This document shows positions 24,870 to 43,024 of a stretch of 64,000 bases of DNA, in pieces; the stretch's first letter is position 1; the number at the start of each line of letters is the position of its first letter. A program made the position numbers and the translations under genes. The stretch is taken from assembly GCF_009914755.1 (NCBI RefSeq), contig NC_060939.1; one strand, given 5' to 3'. The stretch comes from the human T2T-CHM13v2.0 reference genome, Homo sapiens. Below the pieces are notes generated by a model. The model was not told the DNA's origin and searched no databases. It saw only the letters and a program-made list of their open reading frames with translations.

Positions 24870-25417
24870 ATCTAAAGGATTTTTTTTCCCGCTATTTTCA
24901 AAAGATCTCCAAAATCCAAGCCATGGAAAAAGGAAAATCCAATACCTCATCTTATACATTGAATAGAATTTCTCATAGGACGTTCCTTTGGATAAGGGCT
25001 TGCAACCCTGTGAAACATTTAAGAACTAATTTGGAGTCTTGATACAGTGCCAACTGCAGCCCCCAAAGGTACCAAACCAATAATTATGATCCTAAATTTT
25101 ATGCTTCTCAGAATCCACCCTGGATGTTTACTTTCATGATTTTGTTTTATTTTATCCAAGTGGATACAGTTTATGATTACTCTTCGCTATTAAATTTTTT
25201 GAGGAAACTTAATCTGGCTAATTTTTATTAAATCAAGGGTTCTGTGTTTTGCATAATAGCAAGTACAAATCAGCACAGTGTAGAGTATACATTGATGCCT
25301 GTGGGCTCATGGTGTGATGTCTGTAGCCTCTTGTGCTTTCTAGTATTTAAAAGTGTCCATGTTTATAATGATAATAGGGATTTCTGTTCCTTTAGTATTT
25401 CTGTTTCCCTTTTTCAG

Positions 25418-25487
25418 GCCTGCTTCAGATTCTGAAAGTGATATTATCTTTGACAATGAAGATGAGAACAGTAAAAGTCAGAATCAG
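25418..25487 (+). CDS. EIF2AK4: Exon 13 (70 nt), PASDSESDIIFDNEDENSKSQNQ
   Basis: tttcag|G ... CAG|gtatat; phase 2/0. Confidence 0.96.
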
Positions 25488-25948
25488 GTATATATATGAA
25501 TAGAAATTATATCATTTTATTCGTGATATAATTGACGTCTGATGTCATAAACCTTAGGTAAAGTATTAAGGCTTTAATCTGATATTCAGATATAGAAACC
25601 ATAAATTTTAAAAGATGATTATTCATTTAAAATATATTCTACCTGTGTTTATTTATAGACCTTCTTTATTTATCCACATAGTAAAACATACCTCCTTTTA
25701 GAAGAGAGGAGTCAGTTGAGACACTGCATTTTTGTATGTGATGAAAACAGTTTTCTAAGGGTTTGGGAAACTTTATATGGTTGGGGATAAGAATTGAATG
25801 CAAATTAATGAACTAGATTTGCATTTATGGAGTTACCTCATCATGGAGTTACCTTGGTCTGTCCCACGTCAATTAATCTTGATTCCTTATTTTCATAGAC
25901 CATCCTCTAGAACAGTGTTTTCACACTGTGTATCATGATCCTATAATG

Positions 25949-26087
25949 CAGGGGTGTCCAAGCTTTTGTCTTCCCTTGGCTACACTGGTAGAAGAATTGT
26001 CTTGGGCCACACATAAAATATACTAACACTAATGATAGCTGATAAGCTAAACAAACAAAAAAATCACAAAAAATCTCATAATGTTTT
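25949..26087 (+). mobile_element. MER30, left part only
   Basis: CAGGGGTGTCCAA..GAATTGTCTTGGGCCACACATAAAATA..GATAGCTGAT..AATCTCATAATGTTTT; I did not find the remainder in the window. Confidence 0.88.
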
Positions 26088-28024
26088 TTTGAGATTGTGC
26101 TGTTTTTTTAGTTGTGTTTTCAATGGAGAAATACATCATCTGTTGACAAAATAGCTTTTGAAAAATACGAGTACAGATACTATAAAACAAAGCAAACTTC
26201 AGTCGTGAGACACTACATACATCATGTGAAAGCAACAGTCTGATCTCCAGGTTGTGAAAACTATAATTAAAAAGTCACTACACAGAAAAGATCCAAGTTT
26301 CCAGGTTGGCAAAACTTCGGTGCAGTTACATGAAACGTTTGATAAACTGATTTGTTTTCCCCAATGTGTAAACAAAATGACAAGACTAAGTCTGTGCCTG
26401 GTAATTTCAATGTAACTCTGAAGCTACACAAAACACACAGACACCTTATACACTTCACCTGTTAGTATGACCATCTTTTTTGTTAGGTGGTGGGAGGAAG
26501 GGCAAGGTGACTGTGTAAAGCAAAGATGTGGGAAGTAGAAATATTATGTACTAGACGTTATAAAATCATGGTGAAAAGAAAGCTTTGATTAATGCGTAGC
26601 CTAAGGGGGAAAAGACTACACTCCAACTTCAGAAAATTAATTTAGAAGGATAGGGGAAGAGATTAAGTAATTGCAGTTTAACATGAAAAATGCACATGTG
26701 ATAGAATGGAGCACAATGGAAGATTCATAAAACATGCTCATCAGAAAAATCTGTTAAGTTTACTTTGTCCAGATTAAGAAAGAGTAAGTTTATCAACATC
26801 TGGCATCCCTCATACTTTGTAAAGATAGATCTTCTGCTGCTTAATTATGAGAAATTATTTTATTCAAAGAGGGGAACTTGTCAAGTGCTTGCTAGAAATT
26901 ATTTTTAAAATGCTTCTACATGTAAAATGTACTGACAAATTTTGGTAAACCATTTAAAAATAAGAATTAGTTTTGAAATCTTGGAGAAAATGTCTTTTTG
27001 CCCACATTTAAAACTGAAAATCAATTTTACTATAGACAGGAGTTCTGTGGAGTATACAAAATTCCTCTTAGAAATCAAATGGCCATCCCAGATAGATATC
27101 AAGTTTCACAGGCATTACTTTTAGTCAGTCTCAAGTTTCAGCCACGGGACCAAAATTTAGTGTTCTGTACCATGTTGGTTTCACATCACGGCTTAAGAAA
27201 ATACTGACATTTTGTTTCTTATGAAATAAGTCCTATCTTGTGCATACAAGCAAAAAGAAAAAGGAAGAAAAGAGGGGAGGGGAAGGCGCAAGAAGCTCTT
27301 TTTTGTTTGTTTTGAAGACAACAGATTGAAGGCAAAAGAATACAGAGCTTTCATAAGCTCAAAGAAAAATATTTGCTGGCTAGTCGCTGATTTGTATGCA
27401 CTATAAAACATTCCATAAATAAAACTGATATATCATTTCTTAATCATGACCCCATCAAAACGAAGTTATTTCCTAACTATTCTTTCAACGTCAATGTACC
27501 CTAGAGTTGACATTTCATTTTTAAGGGTTACAGCTACCTCATAGGAACTGAAATAGACGTACGCTTACCCTTTCTCTGAAGTATAACAGTGCACAATGGT
27601 ATCCAATTTGAAGACTAATGGTAAAGAAAATTCTTCAGAAAAAACTGAAAATCCATCAAGCTGAAAATCTATAATTAGTTCTACTTTCTAATAAAAAGTA
27701 CATAAAAGTACATCATCAGAATAAATAATTCTTATGCCAGTTTGTATTGCAAATTTTCCAAACAATGCATCAAACATAAACCCAATCCAGATGTCAATTG
27801 TGAATACAAATAGAGCTTGAGGTTGTTTTTATTAAAGGCAGTAATTTTTGAAATAGTTAATGCAACTGTTGCTAACACAATAATAGGACTCCTGGCCTCA
27901 CATACTAACCTGGACTTCTGATCAAGTGCTAATTAGCCCAGTAAGGGAGGTCACCAAAAACTACTAGGGCAGTCAGTTGTGGCTGTGGGGAATTATTCTA
28001 CTATTGGGGACTGAATGCAACAAC

Positions 28025-28193
28025 TTTATTACTATTATTATTTTAAGAGGCAGGGTCTCCATCTGTCACCCATGCTGGAGTGCAGTGGTGCAATCCTAGC
28101 TCACTGCAGCCTAGAACTCCTGGGCTCAAATGATCCTCCTGCCTCAGCCTCCCAAAGTGCTGCCATTATAGGTGTGAGCCACCATGCCTAGCC
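28025..28193 (-). mobile_element. Alu monomer (FRAM-like)
   Basis: Single monomer; flanking ACTTTATTAC repeats. Confidence 0.82.
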
Positions 28194-28429
28194 TGCAATG
28201 ACTTTATTACCAGGAATAAAAATATAATTACCAGCAGTTACAAGGGTTCATTCATAGTAAAGAAAAGTCTAAGTGTAGACTCTTAAATAAGCAGTTCAAT
28301 GTATTTGAAGGAGATCTGAGTATTAGCCAGTGTGTTTTTCTATAAGTACTTTCCTTGTCAATGAAATCACTACTAATAAACATTTATTAGTTATAAATTT
28401 AAACCAGGAATAATAGCATAAATAAACTA

Positions 28430-28723
<294 letters not shown>

Positions 28724-29205
28724 GTCTGAACTACTGCTAAAGCCAAAGTTAATGTTTGGTGTTAGCATTTGTTATGCACATAATTATTACAGGGGCACCA
28801 AATCCTGGTTTTGCTCAGTTAAGGGCAGCATCCATGGGCATCCTAATTGATGGGTAGAAACCTCCAAGAGATTAACAGTGTAATACAGATAATCCCCAGC
28901 ATCCATAAATGAATCAGGAGTAGAACCTGATTGTTACCAGAGCAGAGCTTTTTTTTTTTTCTTTGATAAAGGAAAAAGTTCAAAAAAATTCTTCCTCAGA
29001 AAAAAATTATAAATCAGAAATGGTCAAATACTAACTAATACTTTTTCTGCACTTGGTGTTATAAGTATTCAAATACATCTATTGAGGGAAAAAGACTTTT
29101 TTAAGAAAAGTATCATGTATGAGAAAGAAAATTAGCTGTTGGGGACAAACAGAGTAATGGTATGGGAAGTGTCCTAGAGGGTCATTCACTGTAAGTGGCA
29201 GCTGA

Positions 29206-29563
<358 letters not shown>

Positions 29564-29868
29564 ATCACTTTTAAATTGTTTTACCTAAAGGTGGATTTCT
29601 AGTCTTCTGTTTCTGAACTAAGCCTACCACCAAAAAATATGGAATTCCAGTAAAACTGAACCCTTCAAATATTAGCCTGTATGCATTCTGACCTTCTTAG
29701 CCATAGATGGTTATCAGCGGTAAGAAAGAATTGACTTGACAAGGAGTTTTTCTGTTTAATACCTGCCTATTTTCTGTTTACTGTATCATTGTTCTGTGTA
29801 GCAACAGACCTGTAAACCACACAGAGGATACTGGAAATAGCACATTTTCAATAATTCTGTGAGCTTCT

Positions 29869-32982
<3,114 letters not shown>

Positions 32983-33144
32983 CTGTGAGCTTCTAAGGAT
33001 AGTGGTTATGTTCTGCTCACTGACTTCTCCCTAAGGCAACTGGGTGGCCCTGTGTTGGGGGTGGGCACAAATACTTAATGATGGTGATGATTTTGCTTAA
33101 TTTTGGCCTCCATTTTGAGTTATTGTGTGTTCGTCTTGGGTTAG

Positions 33145-33228
33145 GATGAAGATTGCAATGAAAAGAATGGCTGCCATGAAAGTGAGCCATCAGTGACGAC
33201 TGAGGCTGTGCACTACCTATACATCCAG
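33145..33228 (+). CDS. EIF2AK4: Exon 14 (84 nt, symmetric), DEDCNEKNG...HYLYIQ
   Basis: ggttag|GAT ... CAG|gtgagg; phase 0/0; LYIQ-MEYC is the eIF2-alpha kinase signature. Confidence 0.97.
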
Positions 33229-33911
33229 GTGAGGTCGTGGTGTGTAGTTAGGTGACACAGCAACACCCAGTAGTGGCGGGTGGGCCTGTTTCAGGGTATT
33301 AGAACAAGATAATGGACAGAGGAGGGCTTACTGCCACTACCAAAGATTAATTGGCCGAGAGGATTACCATATGGAGGCCCTTTTCCCCAGCCTTGAACTC
33401 ATGCTTTCCTGCCACATATCAGGAGCAGCCACAGGGCAGCTCTGGGCTCAGGCTGTGTAAGTTCACATCCTGGATCCACCTGTTAGGACTGCATGAACTC
33501 GGGCAAGGTTCTTCAGCATCTTGTGCCTCAGTTTCCCCATCTATAAATTACATAATAGTAGTTCTTATAGACTTGTAAAGAATAAATAACATGTGAAGTA
33601 CTTAGAACCATATCTGAGTTCCATAAGTGCTAGACTGCATGAGCACAGAAACTCTACTTTGCCTAACCACCTGAATCTGGACAAGTAAGATATGATGTGC
33701 ACACATGCCTGTACATGCAAAAGTAACACCAAGGTGACTTTAGGCAAAGTGGCTTGACCAGGAACCTCTGGAGACCAGTGCACAGGCAAGCCAGTTCCAA
33801 TGGGGCATGACTGAGAAGTCTGAGCTTTGGCCTGCCTACCTGCCAGAGCAACAACATCCTAAACAGGGGTGAGTGGGCTCTTCCAGTAGAGGAGTGGCCA
33901 TAAAACAAGTT

Positions 33912-34511
<600 letters not shown>

Positions 34512-35322
34512 TTACCTTCTACACAATTAGAATGAGATAGAAGTACACAAAGGAGGTGCATCCGACATGCATCAGGATCACGGTGTGGGCATCAGAGGGG
34601 GCCTTGTGAGGCCCGGAGGGTGAACCAGAGTTTACTGACAATTATTCCGAAGGTGATAGAACAAAGTCTGGTCTTCCTCTCTTTAAAAACAATAAAACCT
34701 TTCTTCGTGAGAAATCTCACCTCTGGCACTAGTTGAAGCATATAGGCTAGTTTCATAAATCAAATGGTGCATGTTGATTTAAGATTTAAGTCATGTTGCA
34801 CTGTTTTCTGATATGTGAATACACTCAAGAAGGGGTGAGACAGAGCCCCTGTGTCACTGTCCCAAGAAGACTTGAATGTTTTAATATTTATAATATTTTT
34901 CTCTAAACTTGAAGGTCATTTGTGTTTAATGTAAGAAAAGCTAATGATATAATTAGGTTAACTAACCCTCCTTGTAAATTTGGGTTTGGAAGCGATCTTG
35001 TAAAACAATAAATAAAATTTTACAACATTCTCAGTTTTTTATGTTAATTGTGATAAGTATTTTAAACAAGTCATATTTTTAAATGAGCAATAATATAAAA
35101 AATTAAAAATGGTTATGTTGGAGTGCCAAGAGTATGCATATTTACCCCCAAGGTATTTTTTAATACTGTTGGTTTCTTTTTCGTGTAGAAAACCAAGTCT
35201 TTCCCCTAACCGTTTAAAACCCATGGTACACGTTTTAAAATGGAGGATTATGTAAATTGCAGTTATACTCCTTCACTTAAAACTGTTGTGTAATCAAATT
35301 CTCCTGGTTTGTCTGTATATAG

Positions 35323-35445
35323 ATGGAGTACTGTGAGAAGAGCACTTTACGAGACACCATTGACCAGGGACTGTATCGAGACACCGTCAGACTCTGGAGG
35401 CTTTTTCGAGAGATTCTGGATGGATTAGCTTATATCCATGAGAAA
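35323..35445 (+). CDS. EIF2AK4: Exon 15 (123 nt), MEYCEKSTLRD...LAYIHEK
   Basis: atatag|ATG ... AAA|gtaaac; phase 0/0. Confidence 0.97.
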
Positions 35446-35674
35446 GTAAACTTTACAACATTTCATATCTGAAGACTTATGTTTACATAAATTTATGACT
35501 GCATAAAAATATCAAATGTAAGATTGGAGAAAAACTGAAATAGAGGGAAAGCTATGGGTATATTGACATAATCTATTTTTGTAGGAAATAGAACAAAGTG
35601 TCAAAGACAATAAAGTATTACAAAGTATCAGAGTATAACATTAAAAAATGTTAAGAAAACTTTAAAGGTTAGGA

Positions 35675-35992
35675 CAGGGATCAGCAAACTGTGGCCCACA
35701 GGTCAAATCTAACCCACTGCCTGTTCTTGTATGGCCTGTGAGCTAATAATGACTCCTATATTTTTAAATGGTTGTAAAAAATTAGAAGAACATTTCGTGA
35801 CACATAAAAATTACATGAAATTCAAATGTCAATGCTCCCAAGGTTATTGGAACATAGCTATGCTCATTGGTTTACATATTGCCTATGGCTGTTTTTTTTC
35901 CATACCAGCAGATTTGAGTAGTTGCAACAGGGACTGTAAAGCCTAAAGTATTCACTCTCTGGCCCTTTACAGAAAAAATTTGTTAACCTCTG
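35675..35992. mobile_element. MER58B
   Basis: CAGGGATCAGCAAACT..GGCCTGTGAGCTAA..TTATTGGAACA..TGGCCCTTTACAGAAAAA..CTG. Confidence 0.85.
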
Positions 35993-36012
35993 GGAGAGGA
36001 GAAAGTATTTGA

Positions 36013-36357
<345 letters not shown>

Positions 36358-37564
36358 AATTAAGCAAGGATGTGATTAATACCTGCCAAGTTACTTGATT
36401 CTAACTGAATTAGTGCCACCCTTCCTAGGAACACGGGGAAACCAGAAGGTCATCTAGCAAGAAGAGAAATGAGACTTTCTGAGTAACTTAGCTTGTCGCA
36501 TGTCTAAAATGTCATTTTAAAGCTAGAAATTGCCATTATAATATAAATGCTAATGGGCCTAGCTTCAGGATGAAACACTGCTTACATTTTTAAAATGAGA
36601 TTGTCTAATGCATTAACCAATATAAATTCATTATTTTTTTCCTTTGCCTCAAATTTCTTTAACCTTAAAATGTTTGTACTGTACCGTATTTATACTGAGA
36701 AGCAAGGGCTGTAATTTACACATGTGTAGTTTGTAAATGATTTGGTAGAAGCAGAATTTGCAAGGTTAGAAATGAAAATGAATTCTAATGAGGGCCATTT
36801 AAGCTGTATTACTGTGATTTTATCCTGGGATGCTAGAACAATGCCCCCTGTGCTCTATTCCACTCCATCCAATTTGCTCAGTATTGGCTAACCATTTGCT
36901 GGCATCTAACACTGTGCCATACCTGGAAATACAAGGAGGCACAAGTGTGTGTCCCGTGCTTGAGAGGGACTTCTTGCTCTTAGAGGGACCCAGAATTTAC
37001 CTTCATGTAATGGTAAAAGAGATCATTATTTTCTCTATTATAATGCATGAAACAATACAGATTATGAGCCATTAGGAAAATGAGAAAGCAGTCTCATGTA
37101 ACAAGTAATTGTTGCACACCTACTGTGTGTGCTGGGGATGCCAAGTTGAACTGTTAGAATTACTGTGGAAGGCTCATGAATGAGTTGGCAATTGCAAATG
37201 TTGGTATAGTGCAAATGCATGGAAAAAAGCGAGTATCCTACGAAGGGGAGAGGGTACAAAGAAAGGAATAGAAGAAGGAATAAAAATGGTGTGTCTCCCT
37301 GACCAGAGGAGAGGTTTTGTAATGCAGCAGAGGTAAGGGTAACTTGGTGAACCCAGTGGAAGGGGCCTTGGATGCCACAGGGAACTATTTAGAATTCACC
37401 TGGTCAGGATACCACCAGGTAGAACTAGGAAACAGTAAAGAGGTCATAGGACAGTCAGGACATATTGCAGAGGCCAGACAGCCTGGACCAGGGTGGTCTG
37501 TGGGAGAAGACCTCATACGATTTTCATCGCTAGGTTGGCCTTTTAAATTAGGAAGTAGGTATAA

Positions 37565-37822
<258 letters not shown>

Positions 37823-39514
37823 TAATCCTCAGGAGATTACACAAACCTGAAGGGGTATGCTGCAAATGATCTTGTAGGCTTTGCAATTGTGAGTATATTT
37901 TTTTGAGTGCATTCCACTTGAGGGACACAAAATTATTGGCTTGGGAACAATATTGTGGTCAAAGGTGTACAGTACTTTATGAAATCATTTGGTATTTTGG
38001 TCTACCATGCCTGGCACTGGGCTAGATGCTTTATACCTCAGAGGCTTTTGTTGGTTTGGGGAAATGAGGCTCAAAAACATAAAACACCAGGAGACCATAC
38101 AGTTGTAAGGCTCAAGAAAGGCTGGATAACGACAGTGGCATTTCAGATGTCCTTAAATGGTGGTTGGGAGTCCAACAGGTGGAGGTTGAGGGCAGGGCCT
38201 GGTGGCCCCAGGGTGGGAATTCCAGAGAGAGCACAGCGTAAGCAGAGGCCCCGGGGTAAGCAGACTTGGCTGTCGGAAGACCAGCATACTGTCTGACTGG
38301 TCGAAACTGTGAGGTGCAGGGGAGAGTAAGAGGATGCGGGGCAGTTGAGGAGTCACTGGAAGGTTGGGCAGTCTTGTAGGTGGTAGGCCTTGAATGCCAG
38401 AGGAGGAATTTTACTTCACATTATAAACCCAAGTTATTAAGCACCAAGATCTGTGGGAAATGCAGTTAATTCCAAGGGTGATCAGGAAAGGAAAATAGGA
38501 TTTGAGTTAATGGTGAGAATAACCACTGGGGCCAAGTTAGAAGGTGAGACTAGGAGTGGAAAGGGAGGAGAGGGAAGGCAGACAGTAAGGACAGGGTCCC
38601 GATCATGCTCCCCATGGAGTATATGGGAGAGTGCTGAGACCAAGGACGGGCCAGATGGTGGGGATCTTGATCCCCAAACTAAAGAATTTAACTTGATATC
38701 TGGAAGGCTGTAGCATAGTGAGATAGATAAGAGCTCAGGCTCTGGAATCTCACTGACCTGGACTAGAATCCTATCTCTGCCACTGCTTTGTAGCATGATA
38801 TTGGACAATTAATTAACTTCTCAATACCTCATTTGTAAAGTGTGCCTAATACTAGTGCCTAGCTGAAAAAGTTATCAGGAAGATAAATAAGAATGCAGGT
38901 AAAGCACCTAGAACAGTGCCCAGCACTAAGAATGTGGAAGCCGGTGTTACTGATGGTGATGCTTGTAATGGGAAGCACCTATTACAAGTGCAGACATAAC
39001 AATAGTGACTTAGGGTATTGACAACACTGTTGCACATAGTGGAGCAAGGTGAGGCTACCTGGGGGGCATTAGCCATGAGCGAGGGTGGAACATATTTGCT
39101 GAGCAGCCTCTAGGAAAGAAGAATAAAAATTGATGCAGAGAAAGTAACAGCAGTGGGTAAGTTGAAAGATGAATTTGTTGTTTTTAATATAATCTTACTC
39201 TTCTTAGAAAACAGATTCTGTTTTTGGCATTTGCAACATGAAAATAAATTGGTTTCTCTAAGTGTTTGCATATTTCTGTCCTAAAGAAAGAGTTGTACAG
39301 TGATTGCCCCCCTCCCTCTTGATTTCATTGGGTTTTCTGAGAGCCTTGCATTAGTGGGTTAACTAAACTAGAAAAAAAATTAAAACTCAAAGCGTTATTA
39401 TATTATTTTGATTTCCATGTAATATTTCCTCAGTCTTCATTTAGAAACAGACAAGCCATTCTCATGGAATAATATCATGTTTTAATTGGATATTTGGCTT
39501 ACTTATATTTTTAG

Positions 39515-39569
39515 GCTGACAGCAAACAAGACGATCAGACAGGAGACTTGATTAAGTCAGACCCTTCAG
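39515..39569 (+). CDS. EIF2AK4: Exon 17 (55 nt), activation loop ADSKQDDQTGDLIKSDPS
   Basis: ttttag|GCT ... G|gtaaac; phase 0/1. Confidence 0.96.
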
Positions 39570-40108
39570 GTAAACCCAGAAGACTATATATTTCATCCAT
39601 GTGTTAAAGACCCCAGAATTTCTTAACCTGAAACCTGTTTTTTACTTGTAAAGGTTTTATTTTACGGCAGATTTTAATTGCTCCTTAAGTTAACAAAATT
39701 ATGGAAACGTTTTAATCTTTTTTTCCTTTTCAATTTATGAATTATTCTTTGAACTTTAAGAAATTAGAGCTTCAGTGAGTAGAATAATTGGCTCCCAGGG
39801 GTAGACAGTTTTATTTTGTCTAACCTCCATTGGTAATGTGAGGTTACCTCATGACCTGATCCATCTGGGGTCTTATCTGGCACTGTCCCTCCTCTTCAAT
39901 AGCAAAGACATCCTTGTGTAGAACCGAATGTGTGGCCATATGTGACTTATGGTTATTCATTTGGTACAATGCATGCTCTGCTTCCTGTGAGTGGCATAGA
40001 CAGTTAACAGATCATGCCTCACTTTTAAGAAACCTTTTTTTGTTTTTAGTTTGTGTCTTCTGTAAGTGCTATTATTGGGACGTTTTCCCTCTGTTTTCCT
40101 CCACACAG

Positions 40109-40188
40109 GTCACTTAACTGGGATGGTTGGCACTGCTCTCTATGTAAGCCCAGAGGTCCAAGGAAGCACCAAATCTGCATACAACCAG
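40109..40188 (+). CDS. EIF2AK4: Exon 18 (80 nt), GHLTGMVGTALYVSPE; autophosphorylation Thr899 codon at 40117-40119 and Thr904 at 40132-40134
   Basis: acacag|GT ... CAG|gtaaga; phase 1/0. Confidence 0.98.
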
Positions 40189-40370
40189 GTAAGAGGTTTT
40201 GTGGGGAAAAGGAATCTCAAAATTAAGGTAATAGGACATCTAGATCACAGCATTTGGGGTTTAGTCCCGGCTAAAATAGTCAAGACATCCACTCATTCAC
40301 ACTCCAGGAAGGACTCATGGTCCTAAGGATAGTGACTGAAACTGGCACTGCTGCTGCCAGGAGCTTACAG

Positions 40371-40586
40371 TCCATCCATCCATCCATCCATCCATCCATC
40401 CATCCATCCATCCATTCATCCATCCATCCATCCATCCATCCATCCACCCACCCATCCACCCATCCATCCACCCACCCGTCCATCCACCTGTCCATCCACC
40501 CGTCCATCCACCCATCCATCCACTCGTCCATCCGTCCGTCCGTCCATCCATCCATCCATCCAGCCATCCATCCATCCATCCATCCA
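40371..40586. repeat. Interrupted (CCAT)n microsatellite, about 215 bp
   Basis: Read directly; CCAC/CCGT interruptions in the centre. Confidence 0.98.
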
Positions 40587-41640
40587 AAGAATGTGCAAAC
40601 CAACCCCTATCTTGGGCAAGGTGCCAGGAACAGATGTGGCTCCAGCCCTCAGGGAGCTTGTCCACTGGTGGATGAAACAGACAACAAATAAGTAAAAAAT
40701 AAAAGATATAGCCACAAATTGTGGTGAGGGCTAGGAAGAAAAGAAATGGAACTGAGTGACAAAGAGAACAGATTGACCAGGGAAGATCTCTTGAGAGGAT
40801 GGCATTTAGGATAAAGGATGAGAAAGGACAAGCCACACAGATTTGGGGGCTGACACATGCCAGGGAGGGAGATGGTAAGGAGCAGAGGAAACTGCACACA
40901 TAAAGAGAAAGCCCTGAGTGAGAGAGACAGCTTGGCACATTTAAGACAGCCAAAAGGAAGGCTAGTGTGGCCACAGTGTGGCAAGCAACAGGGGACAGAG
41001 GCATGAAGTTAAGCTGGAAAAGAAGGCAGGGAAAGATCACACAGAGCCAGGTTGGCCTGGATAAGGAGTGTGCATTTAATTTGAAGTACACAGGGAGCCA
41101 GTGAAGAATCTTGAGCAAGAGAGTTCACTCTGGCTGCTGCGAGGAGGCTCTGCAGGAAGTCCTGGTAAGGCGGTTGGCAGCTGGAACTGGACTGCAAGCA
41201 GTAGAAATGGAGAGAAGTGTGCTGAATTAGGAAGGGAATTGAGAGATTTTCCCAACGGAAGGGATGTTGGATGAGAATTAGGAAGGGATTTGAGAGATTT
41301 TCCCAACGGAAGGAATGTTGGATGAGAATGAGGAAGGGAAAGAGTCCAGGGCTCAGGTTTCTTTCTGGAACACCTGGGTGAAGAGTATTTGACTGAAGTG
41401 AGGAAACCTAAGGAAAGACATAAGAGGAAGGAGGAGAAGATGACAGAAAAATTCAGTTTGAGGCATGTTAGTTTGAAATATCTGATGAGAAATCCAATTA
41501 GAGATTTCGAGTAGATTGTTAGAGACCCAACACTTGAGTTCAGAGGAAAGGTGAGAATCAGAAGGATAAATTTGAAATCAGCACACAGATAGGATTTAAA
41601 GCTATGAGACTGGATGAGATCACTTAGGGCAAGAGTGTAA
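40587..41640 (-). mobile_element. L2 3' region
   Basis: GCCCTCAGGGAGCTT..GGAAGGCTAGTGTGG..GGGAGCCA.TGAAG..CTCTGGCTGCTG..TTCAGTTTG.GGCATGTT..GACTGGATGAGATCAC. Further L2 relics near 7550-8250 and 38000-38700. Confidence 0.8.
41224..41340. repeat. 51-bp tandem repeat, about 2.3 copies
   Basis: GAATTAGGAAGGGA.TTGAGAGATTTTCCCAACGGAAGG.ATGTTGGATGA starts at 41224, 41275 and (partial) 41326. Confidence 0.92.
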
Positions 41641-41652
41641 AGCTAAACTTTA

Positions 41653-41954
<302 letters not shown>

Positions 41955-42151
41955 TTATATATGTGTAAAATAAAATACATTAGGAAAGCAATTTGCATCA
42001 AAGCAAATGCTTAGGCTTGCAGTGGAGATTCAAGCCTGGGTTTTGGTTCTGACAGGGAGCATTGGACAACAACATAAAGTTGAAACAGACATCTAAGTAC
42101 CTGGTGAGGGTGAGGGTTAGGGTATCAGGAGATGGACTGCACACACTGTGA

Positions 42152-42545
<394 letters not shown>

Positions 42546-43024
42546 TGAGTGGTGGGATCATGAGATTGCTATTTTATTCTTGGTGCTTTTGTTCTATGTT
42601 TTCTATAGCCAACACGTATAGGAAATGCCACAGTGAATGTTTTTAAGATGTCGGAGGTCACCAGTGACAATCCAAGAGTCTCGCCGCCCCCTCTTTGAGT
42701 CCAAATGTATTCAAGAGTATTGCTTGAAAATGTTTTCCATTGTCCTGAAAGCGGCTCTACACCCTGCACCTCTGTGCCCCCTGACCATGTGCAGTCTTTT
42801 CCTCGGCAGCTGTGTCATGCTCGGTTTCCTCAGATGCACTCCCTTCCCAACGCCATCTTCTCCTTCGTGGCACCCTACTTAGATTTTCTCTGCACTGACT
42901 TGCCTTTTTGCTTCTTTTTTCTTTTTATTGTAGATACTTTTTTTGTTTTTGTCAATTATTTAATAGTTATCTTGATTATTTATATCCTTCTAGTTTTTTG
43001 ACTTTAGTGTTTTTTTCTGTAGCT

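Noticed and set aside
40280-41118. Long WMDG/SIHP-repeat ORFs (up to 267 aa)
   Set aside because: Stop-free frames of the (CCAT)n microsatellite and L2.
41224-41340. CRISPR-like array
   Set aside because: Simple tandem units without unique spacers, in human intronic DNA.
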